From Nitrosopumilus adriaticus (GTDB lineage Archaea; Thermoproteota; Nitrososphaeria; Nitrososphaerales; Nitrosopumilaceae), in assembly GCF_000956175.1 (NCBI RefSeq), contig NZ_CP011070.1, positions 1,048,147-1,080,146 of the forward strand: 32,000 nt of DNA. Reading direction: 5' to 3'. Positions 9,009-17,770 of the stretch are shown here, piece after piece. The position numbers and the translations under genes were made by a program. The notes beneath the pieces were generated by a model. That model had not been told where the DNA came from and searched no databases. It saw nothing but the letters and a program-made list of their open reading frames with translations. Every line of letters starts with the position of its first letter. Within the stretch, counting starts at the first letter, position 1.

Positions 9009-10100
9009 GTGATTAAAAGTTCTGAGATTAAAAAAATAGTTAATGACTACTCAGATGTCAAAATTGGGGTTCTAGGAAGTCATTCTGCACTAGAGATAAT
9101 GGATGGTGCAAAAGATGAAGATTTTCAGACTACAGTTTTCTGCCAGAAAGGCAGAGAAGGACCATATCAAAGATTTGGTAGGATTGCAGACGAGATTATT
9201 GTTTTGAATAAATTCAAGGAAATGGCTTCGGCTAAAAATCAGAAAATGTTACGAGACTCAAATACAATCATTGTCCCGCACAGATCACTTACAGTTTATC
9301 TAGGTTACAAAACAATTGAAAATTCATTCAAAGTCCCAATTTTTGGAAATAGGAAATTATTCCAAGCAGAAGAGAGAACCGCAAAAAAAGGCCAGTATTA
9401 CCTATTAGAAAAAGCCAGAATCAAATATCCAAAATTATTCAAGGATCCCAAAAAAATCAACAAGCCTTGCATAGTTAAAGTTCAAGAAAAAAACAGACCT
9501 CTTGAAAGAGCATTCTTTACTGTTTCATCATACAAAGATTTTGTAGAAAAATCAGAATCAAAGATTAAGCAAGGAGTAATCTCAAGAAAAGACCTTGAAA
9601 AATCAAGCATTGAGGAATTAGCAATTGGAACATACATGAATTTTAATTTCTTCCACACACCAATTTCTGACCAAGTCGATTTTATTGGAATTGAACGAAG
9701 ATTGCAAACAAACATTCACGATTATAATGCATTACCTGCCAAACAACAATTAGACATTGATGTAGATTTACAAAATATCGAAGTAGGTCACACGCCAGCG
9801 AGTATCAGAGAATCCCTACTTGAAAAAGTCATAAAGATGGGGGACAAATTTGTAGATGCTGTTAAAAAAGAATATGCACCAGGTATCATCGGGCCATTTT
9901 CACTTCAAAGTGTAATTACAAAAGATTTAGAATTAATAGTATATGATGTATCATTGAGAGTTCCAGGAAATCCAATAGTTGCAACAACTAGTCCATATAC
10001 AAAATATCAATATGGAACAACATTTGGAATTGGAAGGAGGATTGCCATGGAGATAAAACGAGCCCAGGAAGAAGGTCGTCTAGATGAAATAGTCACATAG
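9009..10100 (+). CDS. purP: 5-formaminoimidazole-4-carboxamide ribonucleotide (FAICAR) synthetase, archaeal PurP
   Basis: 363 aa with a GTG start. The N-terminal GVLGSHSALEIMDGAKDEDFQT and the ATP-grasp-like C-terminal half are typical of archaeal PurP. Confidence 0.9.
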   Translation: MIKSSEIKKIVNDYSDVKIGVLGSHSALEIMDGAKDEDFQTTVFCQKGREGPYQRFGRIADEIIVLNKFKEMASAKNQKMLRDSNTIIVPHRSLTVYLGYKTIENSFKVPIFGNRKLFQAEERTAKKGQYYLLEKARIKYPKLFKDPKKINKPCIVKVQEKNRPLERAFFTVSSYKDFVEKSESKIKQGVISRKDLEKSSIEELAIGTYMNFNFFHTPISDQVDFIGIERRLQTNIHDYNALPAKQQLDIDVDLQNIEVGHTPASIRESLLEKVIKMGDKFVDAVKKEYAPGIIGPFSLQSVITKDLELIVYDVSLRVPGNPIVATTSPYTKYQYGTTFGIGRRIAMEIKRAQEEGRLDEIVT

Positions 10101-10183
10101 ATTTTTCAATACTAAATTGGGCCACATACTGGAAAATTCTAGATATTATTTTAAAACAAGATTTAGAACAAAGAAAAATTAAA

Positions 10184-10290
10184 GGCGCAAACCCCTAACT
10201 GCAGAACTATGAGAGATTCCCTCTCGTGGTCAAACGCCTAAGCCTTTGATTGCCTTTTTTCGTTCTGCGGGGCAGCGCAATCTAATCGCC
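10184..10290 (+). ncRNA. Candidate structured ncRNA of unknown class
   Basis: This is a GC-rich island in AT-rich intergenic DNA. It has a nested closing helix: GCGC/GCGC, CCCC/GGGG and GCAGAAC/GTTCTGC. It has two internal hairpins: GAGAG-AUUCC-CUCUC and GGUCAAA...UUUGAUU. G-U pairs favour the plus strand. Confidence 0.35.
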
Positions 10291-10485
10291 AGATTTTTCA
10301 ACTAACGACATCAATTAGTATAAGACAAATAAGTATTTAACATTTAGTATGATTATTTTGAATAAAAGTGATAAAAACTTGTAAATTTTAGTTAGGCACG
10401 GATAATTATTACATTAAGATCAATAAGGTTAGCACTAGCAGAAATTAAAAACGTCCCTAAAATATGATAATTCATAATTTCATAT

Positions 10486-10626
10486 ATGAGCAAAAGAGTC
10501 ACCATAATGCTATCAGATAGTCTTGATAAAAAAATCAGATTAATTCAGGCTAAAAAGATCAAAGAGCACGCAATATCATATAGTTATTCAAAAACTATCA
10601 ATGATATTCTAGAAAAATCTCTCTAG
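10486..10626 (+). CDS. Small ribbon-helix-helix (CopG/Arc-like) protein, 46 aa; absent from the ORF track
   Basis: My translation gives MSKRVTIMLSDSLDKKIRLIQAKKIKEHAISYSYSKTINDILEKSL. It is a paralog of 5927-6082, sharing R-x-T, IQAK-x-IK and S-x-S-x-S...N. Confidence 0.5.
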   Translation: MSKRVTIMLSDSLDKKIRLIQAKKIKEHAISYSYSKTINDILEKSL

Positions 10627-10732
10627 AAATTACAAAAATATATTTTCAGTTAAAACTGTAAAACTTTGTTAATTGGTTAGATTGGAAATATGCTGAATAC
10701 CATTCGTTCTAATTTTGAATGATTAAAGCGGT

Positions 10733-11068
10733 TTGACATTCAAAATGGAATTGCTGATGCCAATTAACAATACAAACTCTTTAGTGGCCAATAATCAGAA
10801 ATACTGTATGGGGAAAACTATTTTCATAAAAGAAATCATCACTATTTTAAATGAACCAAAACTTTGTCCAACATGTCAAAAAGAAGACAGACTAGAGAAG
10901 GGCACGGTCAGGGAAGAAAGATCAAATGGAAAAACAATCCTGTGCACTAGATGTGAGGCATTAACAGTAGTAACAAATCACAATTTAAAGAATGTAGAAC
11001 TATCCTCAACCAAGGATGACATCATTATGCTAAAAGAGCCATATTTGATTAGAAAAGTAGGTTATTGA
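10733..11068 (+). CDS. Hypothetical zinc-ribbon protein
   Basis: 111-aa ORF from a TTG start, with an ATG at 10745. Two CxxC pairs (CPTCQ ... CTRCE) suggest a zinc ribbon. Confidence 0.5.
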   Translation: MTFKMELLMPINNTNSLVANNQKYCMGKTIFIKEIITILNEPKLCPTCQKEDRLEKGTVREERSNGKTILCTRCEALTVVTNHNLKNVELSSTKDDIIMLKEPYLIRKVGY

Positions 11069-11071
11069 TTA

Positions 11072-11476
11072 TCAGTTTTTAGTGGAATTAGGTTTTCTTG
11101 TTGGCAGTTTTCTTGTCGATGATTTCCTTATAGATGCGTGTATCCTTTGTGTAGATTTTTTTGCAGGTATTCTTCTTCCACTAGCTGGGGCCAATCGAGT
11201 AGATAATAATCCTTTTTTATCTTCAAGAAGTGTAGAAATTATTTTGAGTCTAACATTTGCAAATTCCCAATCCTTTAGATTCGCATTCCGACATTCTTCT
11301 TTAATTATAAGACCTGCCAAACCATTACTCCAGATATGACGTTTAGTATCATACACTTCAATAATTTTTCCATGTTTTGTAATTTTGATTGCACCATGGC
11401 ATCTTTGGATAATTTGCGATGCAACTCTTTGGTAGATTTTATCAAAATTAACCATAAGATTAACACATTGAATCAT
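11072..11476 (-). CDS. Hypothetical protein with basic C-terminal tail
   Basis: 134 aa. The C-terminal tail is R/K/S/T-rich (RRIPAKKSTQRIHASIRKSSTRKLPTRKPNSTKN). The antisense ORF 11082-11339 looks like a shadow ORF. Confidence 0.55.
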   Translation of the reverse strand: MIQCVNLMVNFDKIYQRVASQIIQRCHGAIKITKHGKIIEVYDTKRHIWSNGLAGLIIKEECRNANLKDWEFANVRLKIISTLLEDKKGLLSTRLAPASGRRIPAKKSTQRIHASIRKSSTRKLPTRKPNSTKN

Positions 11477-11616
11477 ATCAAAAAGGTTCTGATTTTTTAG
11501 ATTGGATAATATTATAGCATAGAAATTACATTAAAAACTGCTGATGATTAATCAACCTTCTAAGCTATACTGATAGATGATGAGTTTGCCGAATTATGAA
11601 GCATTTTTAAAATAAA

Positions 11617-12009
11617 TCAAGACTGCATGTCAACAACACTGACTGCCATAGATAATGGTGGAGACAATGCTTCAGGATTGTCAATGCTTTCCCAAACAAA
11701 AACTTGGATATGATATGTTCCAGATTCTTTTGGAATCCAGGATTGTGCAGGTGAAAATGACTGGTTCGGTGACAAAGACCCAGTAAGCCAAGATAATGAG
11801 ATTACAACATTATTGGCATTACTTACTTGTGTAATATACGCAAAATTTTGTTGGATGTCTTGATTGTTTGAAATATCAGCCACAATCATAATTTGTTCAT
11901 CAACAAAATGGGTTTTAATTTCAGATGATGCTTCAGTCGTTACCGGATCAGCAAATGCATTGCCCAGACCAATCATCATTAGAAACAAGGAAAACACCAA
12001 AAATTTCAT
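11617..12009 (-). CDS. Secreted hypothetical protein
   Basis: 130 aa. It has the signal peptide MKFLVFSLFLMMIGLGNAFA followed by a beta-rich sequence. Confidence 0.65.
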   Translation of the reverse strand: MKFLVFSLFLMMIGLGNAFADPVTTEASSEIKTHFVDEQIMIVADISNNQDIQQNFAYITQVSNANNVVISLSWLTGSLSPNQSFSPAQSWIPKESGTYHIQVFVWESIDNPEALSPPLSMAVSVVDMQS

Positions 12010-12045
12010 AACCAGTATTAATGGGATGTATATTTAATCTAGCTA

Positions 12046-12246
12046 TTGGGAGAACTGCCTGAAAAATATCCAGAATATTCTATAATGTACAAAACACTAT
12101 CAAATCAAATTAAAGTTCTGAATAAAAGAAAAGAAAATTCTTCTGCAGCAGAAATAGATGAGATAGAACAAAAAATTCAGAATTACAAATCAGAGATTTC
12201 AAGAATAAAGAAAATGTTTCCAGAGAATTTTTTTGAAGAGATTTAA
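12046..12246 (+). CDS. Small helical protein, paralog of 17347-17580
   Basis: 66 aa from a TTG start, with an ATG at 12085. It shares YK-x-L...RIK-x-MFPE with the ORF at 17347-17580. Confidence 0.45.
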   Translation: MGELPEKYPEYSIMYKTLSNQIKVLNKRKENSSAAEIDEIEQKIQNYKSEISRIKKMFPENFFEEI

Positions 12247-12465
12247 TTATTCATGAGAATGTTCTTGACCGCATCCACATTGATGATCATCGCCTTTAGC
12301 AGACATTAGTTTTTGCACCATTTCATCTCGAATTTTAAGTAAATCGCCAACTTGAGCTTTTAATGAGTTAGAATCCCAGTTAGTCTGACTAAGTTCTCTT
12401 ACAACATCAATAATTTCAAGATCTACATTTAGCAAATTATCCATTAGTTGTTCTTGCTCATTCAT
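12247..12465 (-). CDS. Hypothetical small protein with C-terminal Cys/His cluster
   Basis: 72 aa. The C-terminal HQCGCGQEHSHE suggests metal binding. Confidence 0.45.
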   Translation of the reverse strand: MNEQEQLMDNLLNVDLEIIDVVRELSQTNWDSNSLKAQVGDLLKIRDEMVQKLMSAKGDDHQCGCGQEHSHE

Positions 12466-12523
12466 GCAATTTTACAAATTTACTATGAAAAAAACTATAC
12501 TAATCAACAGATAATTTCAGAAA

Positions 12524-12961
12524 TTATGCTTCCATGCTTTCTTTTAGGAGGTTTTTTCTAACAAGTATAGGAATATTGTAAAATGCACCTAGAGCCATAG
12601 CGTCTGATGCTCGATAATTTCGTAATACTAGGTCTTTTTTGCCTGTAAAATACAGATTGGCACGCAAAACCTCTCCACTTTCATAGATTTTTACTTTAAC
12701 TAGAACCAATTCATTTTCTTCACAAATCTCCTCAATCATCTTATAAATTGAAGGAGCAGATTCCCCATCGGTTTCACCAAAACTTGAGATATGTCTAGCA
12801 ACTTCACCCGAAAAAGCCCTCATGTGAAATTCTTTTCCACTGTCAGATTTTAGGACAACCATCCCTTCTACAGCATATGGATCAACGAATCCAACATAAT
12901 CAATTTTTACAGATTCATAATCAGGCTCTTGTGCTTGATCAATTTCCATCGTATTACGCAT
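12524..12961 (-). CDS. Bifunctional-nuclease (BFN/DUF151) domain protein
   Basis: 145 aa. The pattern ...FHMRAFSGEVARHI...IYKMIEEI...VKIYESGEVLRANLYF...RASDAMALGAFYNIPILV matches the DUF151 layout. Confidence 0.65.
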   Translation of the reverse strand: MRNTMEIDQAQEPDYESVKIDYVGFVDPYAVEGMVVLKSDSGKEFHMRAFSGEVARHISSFGETDGESAPSIYKMIEEICEENELVLVKVKIYESGEVLRANLYFTGKKDLVLRNYRASDAMALGAFYNIPILVRKNLLKESMEA

Positions 12962-13088
12962 AAACTACCGCTTTAGAGCTTATAAAGATAGCAAATTTTT
13001 TAGATCAAAAATTCAACGAGGAACTTCTTAACTATTTTTATTCGATCAGTGGCTGTGCCTAACCCCAAATTATTTAAAATCAACAGCA

Positions 13089-14915
13089 GTGGATAGCTTA
13101 ATGTCCGAAAATCCGGAACGTGCAGTATCATATGTTCTGAGTAAATCAGTTACAAAATACATGGACAAAGATGTTTTGATACTCAGTATGGAAACAGAAA
13201 CAAGAGAAGCAGCTAGAATGTTGCGCCATTATGAAACAGACGACATAATTGTTACTGATGCAGATAACCTGCCAGTTGGAATTGTTACAGATGATGACAT
13301 TCTAAGAAAAGTAAGTGATGTCACAGTTTACGCAGAAGCAACGAAACTTAAAGACATCATGACAACCCCACTAATCACAATTAATGAAAAATCAACTTTG
13401 CAAGATGCATTGCACATCATGCGAGATAACGGTATTAGAAAATTACCTGTCATATCAAAGAAAAATTTTGTAACTGGAATGATCTTTCAGGCAACTATTG
13501 CAAATGTGATTCGAGATGCAACTGGAACGCCACCACGTCTTTTGAGTCCTCCTGTAAAAGCTATTCTTGGTAATCTAGGATTTGTGTTACAATTTGCAGG
13601 AGTCCTATTACTGGTTCCAGCTATACTTGCAACAATTTTAGAAGATACCGTGATTGCCACGGGGATATATCTCACAACAGTTCTATTGCTAGTTACAGGA
13701 TTCTTCCTAAACTCTTATGGAGAAAAATCAAGTCTTAATCTTCAGCAGGCATCAATTCTGGTATTTAGTAGTTTATTTTTACTAACCCTATTTGGCACAG
13801 TCCCATATCTGTATGTGCTGCCAAGTGATGAAACTAACATTGAAGCATTTTCAAATGCATTTTTTTCAAGTGCTGCAGGATTCACAACTGGTGGAATCTC
13901 ATTATTTCAAGAGCCAGAAAATCTCTCTCAGAGTTTTACATTTTTCCGAAGTTATACCCAGTTAGTAGGAGGAATGAGTTTCATCTATTTGGTAATTACT
14001 GCGTTTTACCCAGAATCAAAACTACAATCAATGCGTGGTTTCATCTCAGGTAGAACATTACACATGAAGGAATTATTTCTAACAATTACAGTCATTTTTT
14101 CGATTTACATCGTTATTGTTGCAACGTTGTTGTATGTTTTTGGGGAAAACAACATCATAGACAATTTCTCATTAGCGATGAGTACGCTTGCAACAGGGGG
14201 ATTCGTTCCAACATCTACAATACTGCATGATTTGGTATGGCAAGAACATTTGATATTGATGGGTGGGATGATTTTAGGAGCATTACCATTTACATTCCAC
14301 TATGCATTTGTAAGAAAGAAATTCTTGTCTCCAAAATTAGGAAAAGAGGTATTGACATATTTTGCAATATTAGGGAGTGCAACAGTATTATTCATATCAA
14401 TCAGCGGATTGGATCCATTACTAAGCGCATTTTATTCAGTATCGGCAAGTACAACTGCAGGATTGCAGATGAATAGTCTTGCGGGTTTAAGTGGAGGGGC
14501 ACATGCAATTCTGATAATTTTAATGATAATTGGTGGATGTGGTTTTTCAACAACTGGGGGCCTAAAGATTTTCAGATTAATGCATTTGAGACACATTAGA
14601 TCTTTTCTAAGTAAAGTAAAAAGGGCAGAATTACCAATTGAGACGAAAAAAGAAACCATTTCAACTTTGATCATATTAGCATTATTCCCAATAATTTCTG
14701 CAATTGCAGGGCTTCATCTTGCTGAAAGCGAACAAGTACCATATCAGGATGCATTCTTCGAAGCTGCTGGAGTCATTACCACAGGAGGACTATCAGCAGG
14801 GGTTATTGATTTAGAGACAGATCCTGCAACAAAAATCGTCTTTGGATTCTTAATGATTTTTGGCAGATTAGAAATTATTGCGATAATTTACATATTTGTG
14901 CCTAAACTAAGTTGA
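13089..14915 (+). CDS. TrkH/KtrB-family cation transporter with N-terminal CBS-domain pair
   Basis: 608 aa from a GTG start, with an ATG at 13101. The first ~140 aa look like two CBS repeats (IVTDDDILRKV; GIRKLPVISKKNFVTGMI). A polytopic domain follows with four pore-loop motifs: FTTGG, LATGGF, STTAGL and ITTGG. Confidence 0.85.
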   Translation: MDSLMSENPERAVSYVLSKSVTKYMDKDVLILSMETETREAARMLRHYETDDIIVTDADNLPVGIVTDDDILRKVSDVTVYAEATKLKDIMTTPLITINEKSTLQDALHIMRDNGIRKLPVISKKNFVTGMIFQATIANVIRDATGTPPRLLSPPVKAILGNLGFVLQFAGVLLLVPAILATILEDTVIATGIYLTTVLLLVTGFFLNSYGEKSSLNLQQASILVFSSLFLLTLFGTVPYLYVLPSDETNIEAFSNAFFSSAAGFTTGGISLFQEPENLSQSFTFFRSYTQLVGGMSFIYLVITAFYPESKLQSMRGFISGRTLHMKELFLTITVIFSIYIVIVATLLYVFGENNIIDNFSLAMSTLATGGFVPTSTILHDLVWQEHLILMGGMILGALPFTFHYAFVRKKFLSPKLGKEVLTYFAILGSATVLFISISGLDPLLSAFYSVSASTTAGLQMNSLAGLSGGAHAILIILMIIGGCGFSTTGGLKIFRLMHLRHIRSFLSKVKRAELPIETKKETISTLIILALFPIISAIAGLHLAESEQVPYQDAFFEAAGVITTGGLSAGVIDLETDPATKIVFGFLMIFGRLEIIAIIYIFVPKLS

Positions 14916-15029
14916 AAAATAATTATTTTTACCACAACTAGATACTCAGAACATCCATCATTTCATGTCAATTAACTACGAGTAGGTAAATTGGATAGAA
15001 TTTAATTTCATTAGACAGAGGTAGAGATT

Positions 15030-15857
15030 ATGGAGAGTCAATTTGAAAAAAGTTTGAGCAAAGGCAAAAAGTTAATCATACTAGGATTCATCACAATTGC
15101 AATTCTATTTTACCTATATTCAAGATATCAAGATCCTGAATTACTTACACCTGCAGCAATTGACTCAATACAGAGAATAGCCTATGGATTTTACATTACT
15201 TTAGTTGCAGCATTTGGGGCAATTACTATTGGATTGTATAGGTATTGTAAAGGCAAAGTTCTCGGAAAACAAAAAGATCTATCAACAATAATCGCATTAA
15301 CTGTATGGAATTCAAAATCACGCAGAATATTTGTTGTGATATTTATCGGATATGGAATATTCTTCTCACTAATTTCAGGAACTTTAGTGTATCAGCCAGA
15401 AGTAAATTTTGCAATTCACTATGGTGCAACAATTCCATCAGGGTTTATCGCTCCATGCTGTGACGGTCCGGGATATATGCCAAAAATCATAGTATATCTA
15501 ACAGAACACGTAGGATTGCAAATAATCCCAATAAATTTAGTATTGCAAATCACCGTCTCATATCTAGTCGGATTAAATGCTGCAATAGCTGTTAGTGCAT
15601 ACAGTATTTCAAAAAAGGGTAGAGGAATGAGCTCCATAGGGGCAGCAACAGGATTATTCATAGCATGTCCAACATGCGCAGGAACGTTTTTGTCAATATT
15701 TATTGGAACTGCAAGTGGAATTGCCCTATCAATAGCATTAGCGCAAATGCAGACATTTTTCATTGCAATCTCAATTCCAGTTTTAATTATCACACCATAT
15801 GTAATGGCTAGAAAATTAAGGAATGCAGACGGTAGTTGTAAAATAGACACTAAGTGA
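15030..15857 (+). CDS. Polytopic membrane protein with Cys motifs, unknown function
   Basis: 275 aa with several TM helices. It contains CCDGPGY and CPTCAGTF motifs. Confidence 0.65.
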   Translation: MESQFEKSLSKGKKLIILGFITIAILFYLYSRYQDPELLTPAAIDSIQRIAYGFYITLVAAFGAITIGLYRYCKGKVLGKQKDLSTIIALTVWNSKSRRIFVVIFIGYGIFFSLISGTLVYQPEVNFAIHYGATIPSGFIAPCCDGPGYMPKIIVYLTEHVGLQIIPINLVLQITVSYLVGLNAAIAVSAYSISKKGRGMSSIGAATGLFIACPTCAGTFLSIFIGTASGIALSIALAQMQTFFIAISIPVLIITPYVMARKLRNADGSCKIDTK

Positions 15858-16101
15858 ATTTCTTGACTTCAGGAATTTTATGATTGCCGATATCATAACC
15901 ATCACGTCTAAGATACTTTAGTGTAAGTTTGTACAATAATTCGTCATGTTCTACCTTATCTAAAATTTCAGTCCACAAAACCCTTCCATTTTCTTCTATG
16001 AATTTTTTAAAATCAGGATTCATAGATTCTGCTATATCTTTACATTCATCAAATGTTTTTCCGTTTTTATATGCACGAACACGTCTATCACAGCTATCCA
16101 T
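15850..16101 (-). CDS. Hypothetical protein
   Basis: 83-aa ORF with balanced composition and no motif. Confidence 0.5.
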   Translation of the reverse strand: MDSCDRRVRAYKNGKTFDECKDIAESMNPDFKKFIEENGRVLWTEILDKVEHDELLYKLTLKYLRRDGYDIGNHKIPEVKKFT

Positions 16102-16103
16102 AC

Positions 16104-16412
16104 ATGAATAATGTAAAAATTCTAAATAAACTTAGTTTACCAGGGTTCAAACAAATAGAAGATAAAAAATCAGGGAGTATGGGAATAACGTCGGCCTCAG
16201 AATATGTGGATTTTTTTGTAAATCTCAATATGGGTGAAAATGTTAGTTTGCTCAGTTTTATTAACAATGAGAAAACAGTACTCAAAAAAAATTTAGACTT
16301 GAAAAATATCGATAAAGAACCAATTAAGAAAGGAATAGAAATTTTAGAATTACTAGTAAAAGAGATTAATGATATTGGAGAAAAAGCAGTACTGGGAAAA
16401 TATCATAAATAA
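16104..16412 (+). CDS. Hypothetical protein
   Basis: The ORF track gives 16053-16412. An ATG at 16104 (MNNVKILNKL) avoids overlap with the divergent gene. Confidence 0.45.
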   Translation: MNNVKILNKLSLPGFKQIEDKKSGSMGITSASEYVDFFVNLNMGENVSLLSFINNEKTVLKKNLDLKNIDKEPIKKGIEILELLVKEINDIGEKAVLGKYHK

Positions 16413-16426
16413 TCTTAGGGAAAAGC

Positions 16427-16993
16427 ATGGACAAAAATTCACAGATAATTAGAACTGAAATTATTCGAATTCTTAATGAAAATGGGAAAATTCGAGGCAC
16501 AGAACTAGCAAAAAGAGTAATTAAAAAAATGGGAAATGAAAAAACAGTGTATAGGGAAATTAGTGCATTAGTTGAGGCAGGCGAAATAGAAAAAAAAGTC
16601 CTCAGCAGATCACACATAGAATATGAATTGATAAATTTATACGAATCAGTTAACAATCAACTCAAAAATTTACATAAAGAGATTGAAACAGTCTATGAAG
16701 AAATAAAAAACTATAGTACGTTAAGTAATGAGGAGAAATTCTCATATCATGAAAGACTAAGAGCCATAATCCACTTGATACACATAGTCCAATCAACTGA
16801 CGGAATAATGAAATTGTTATCATACTATCCAGCATTTAAAAAAGACAAAATGTTCTCACAAATTAATAGGAAGATTGAGGATTGCTGGAAAATAATCATG
16901 GAGGATATCGCACATCAGCCAGAAGAAGATTTCTTAAATGAAATACTTGCAAATTTGAGAGTATCACAAATGGATTCAAACAACGTTAATTGA
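16427..16993 (+). CDS. Winged-helix transcriptional regulator (predicted)
   Basis: 188 aa. The N-terminal IIRTEIIRILNENGKIRGTELAKRV...TVYREISALVEAGEIEKK fits a wHTH pattern. Its size and architecture match 22156-22734. Confidence 0.6.
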   Translation: MDKNSQIIRTEIIRILNENGKIRGTELAKRVIKKMGNEKTVYREISALVEAGEIEKKVLSRSHIEYELINLYESVNNQLKNLHKEIETVYEEIKNYSTLSNEEKFSYHERLRAIIHLIHIVQSTDGIMKLLSYYPAFKKDKMFSQINRKIEDCWKIIMEDIAHQPEEDFLNEILANLRVSQMDSNNVN

Positions 16994-17261
16994 ATTTTTT
17001 TAGTTTCTCTACAATTACTTTGAGAATTTCTTCATCATCAAGTAGAATTAATGGGAAGTTATTCTCTTCACTGGCCTTACGAAATTCAGTGTCTTTGGTT
17101 ACTATGATCATGTCATTCTCACGGGCATAATTAATGATAGAATAGTCAGAACCTAGTTTTTTGCCTTCTAACTGAAGTTTCCGTACACTTTGAGCATCAT
17201 AACCTAGATTTTTTAAACGTTCATCCATTCCATCTAAATTTTCATCAACTAAAATTTTCAT
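16986..17261 (-). CDS. PIN-like domain protein (Mut7-C/DUF5615-like)
   Basis: 91 aa. MKILVDENLDGMDERLKNLGYDA...DMIIVTKDTEF resembles the short PIN-like Mut7-C N-terminal module. Confidence 0.55.
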   Translation of the reverse strand: MKILVDENLDGMDERLKNLGYDAQSVRKLQLEGKKLGSDYSIINYARENDMIIVTKDTEFRKASEENNFPLILLDDEEILKVIVEKLKKFN

Positions 17262-17346
17262 AATTTTTTATCATTCAAATTCAATATTAGTGTAAACATA
17301 AAGTAAATCATCAAATACTTATTTTCAATTAAAATATAAATTTCTC

Positions 17347-17580
17347 ATGGATGTAAAAAAAGAGGATAAATCAGAGAGATCTAAAATTGAGCATATTGCA
17401 TACTACAAGTCATTAACCCAAATCATTTCAAATATTCAAAAAGAAAAAGAGCAAGAAAACGAGCAAGCTGTCAAAGATCATCTAGATAACAGAATTGACG
17501 CGATGGAAAAAGACAGAATTAGAATAAAAGAGATGTTTCCAGAGATTAAAGAGGAAGAATGGAATGGCCACACCAACTGA
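17347..17580 (+). CDS. Small helical protein, paralog of 12046-12246
   Basis: 77 aa. It shares YYKSLTQIISNI and RIRIKEMFPE with the ORF at 12046-12246. Confidence 0.5.
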   Translation: MDVKKEDKSERSKIEHIAYYKSLTQIISNIQKEKEQENEQAVKDHLDNRIDAMEKDRIRIKEMFPEIKEEEWNGHTN

Positions 17581-17770
17581 AAAAAACCACAATAAGCACT
17601 TGGACTTGCTTCAAGACTACAAAATCCACCTCATAAAATACATCGAAGAGTTAGAAAAACTAGACAAGCAATCAGAATTTGCAAAAAAATGGAATGAAAC
17701 CATCATAAAAGAAAGAAGACAAGAAGTTCAAGTTGTGGATAAAATCATAAAGAATTTGATTAGATTTTAA
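17564..17770 (+). CDS. Small helical hypothetical protein
   Basis: 68 aa. It overlaps the upstream gene by 17 nt on the same strand. Confidence 0.4.
   Translation: MATPTEKNHNKHLDLLQDYKIHLIKYIEELEKLDKQSEFAKKWNETIIKERRQEVQVVDKIIKNLIRF

Noticed and set aside
9482-9715. Minus-strand ORF inside purP.
   Set aside because: It is antisense to a well-supported purP gene.
10184-10290. Interpreting the GC-rich element as a tRNA (possibly intron-containing), 5S rRNA or RNase P fragment.
   Set aside because: No 7-bp acceptor pairing between the ends and no T-loop GTTCRANNC were found. The 5S loop motifs are absent. A CAGAAC...GGCUUA resemblance to RNase P exists only on the minus strand, and the flanks are AT-rich with no GGAAAGUCC-type CR-I.
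11082-11339. Plus-strand 85-aa ORF.
   Set aside because: It is fully nested antisense in the longer 11072-11476 ORF. Its F/L/S-rich composition is typical of the complement of K/R/E-rich coding sequence.
11541-11600. C/D-box sRNA-like boxes (CTGATGA ... CTGA ... ATGATGA).
   Set aside because: The spacing between C and D' is ~22 nt instead of ~12. No terminal CUGA D box follows the second guide-length spacer.
13487-14674. ORFs 13487-13675, 14237-14476 and 14432-14674.
   Set aside because: They are nested within or antisense to the CBS-TrkH transporter gene.
15419-16656. ORFs 15419-15850, 15929-16111, 16094-16285 and 16366-16656.
   Set aside because: Each is antisense or overlapping relative to a better-supported neighbour: the membrane protein, the 83-aa gene, the 16104 gene or the wHTH gene.
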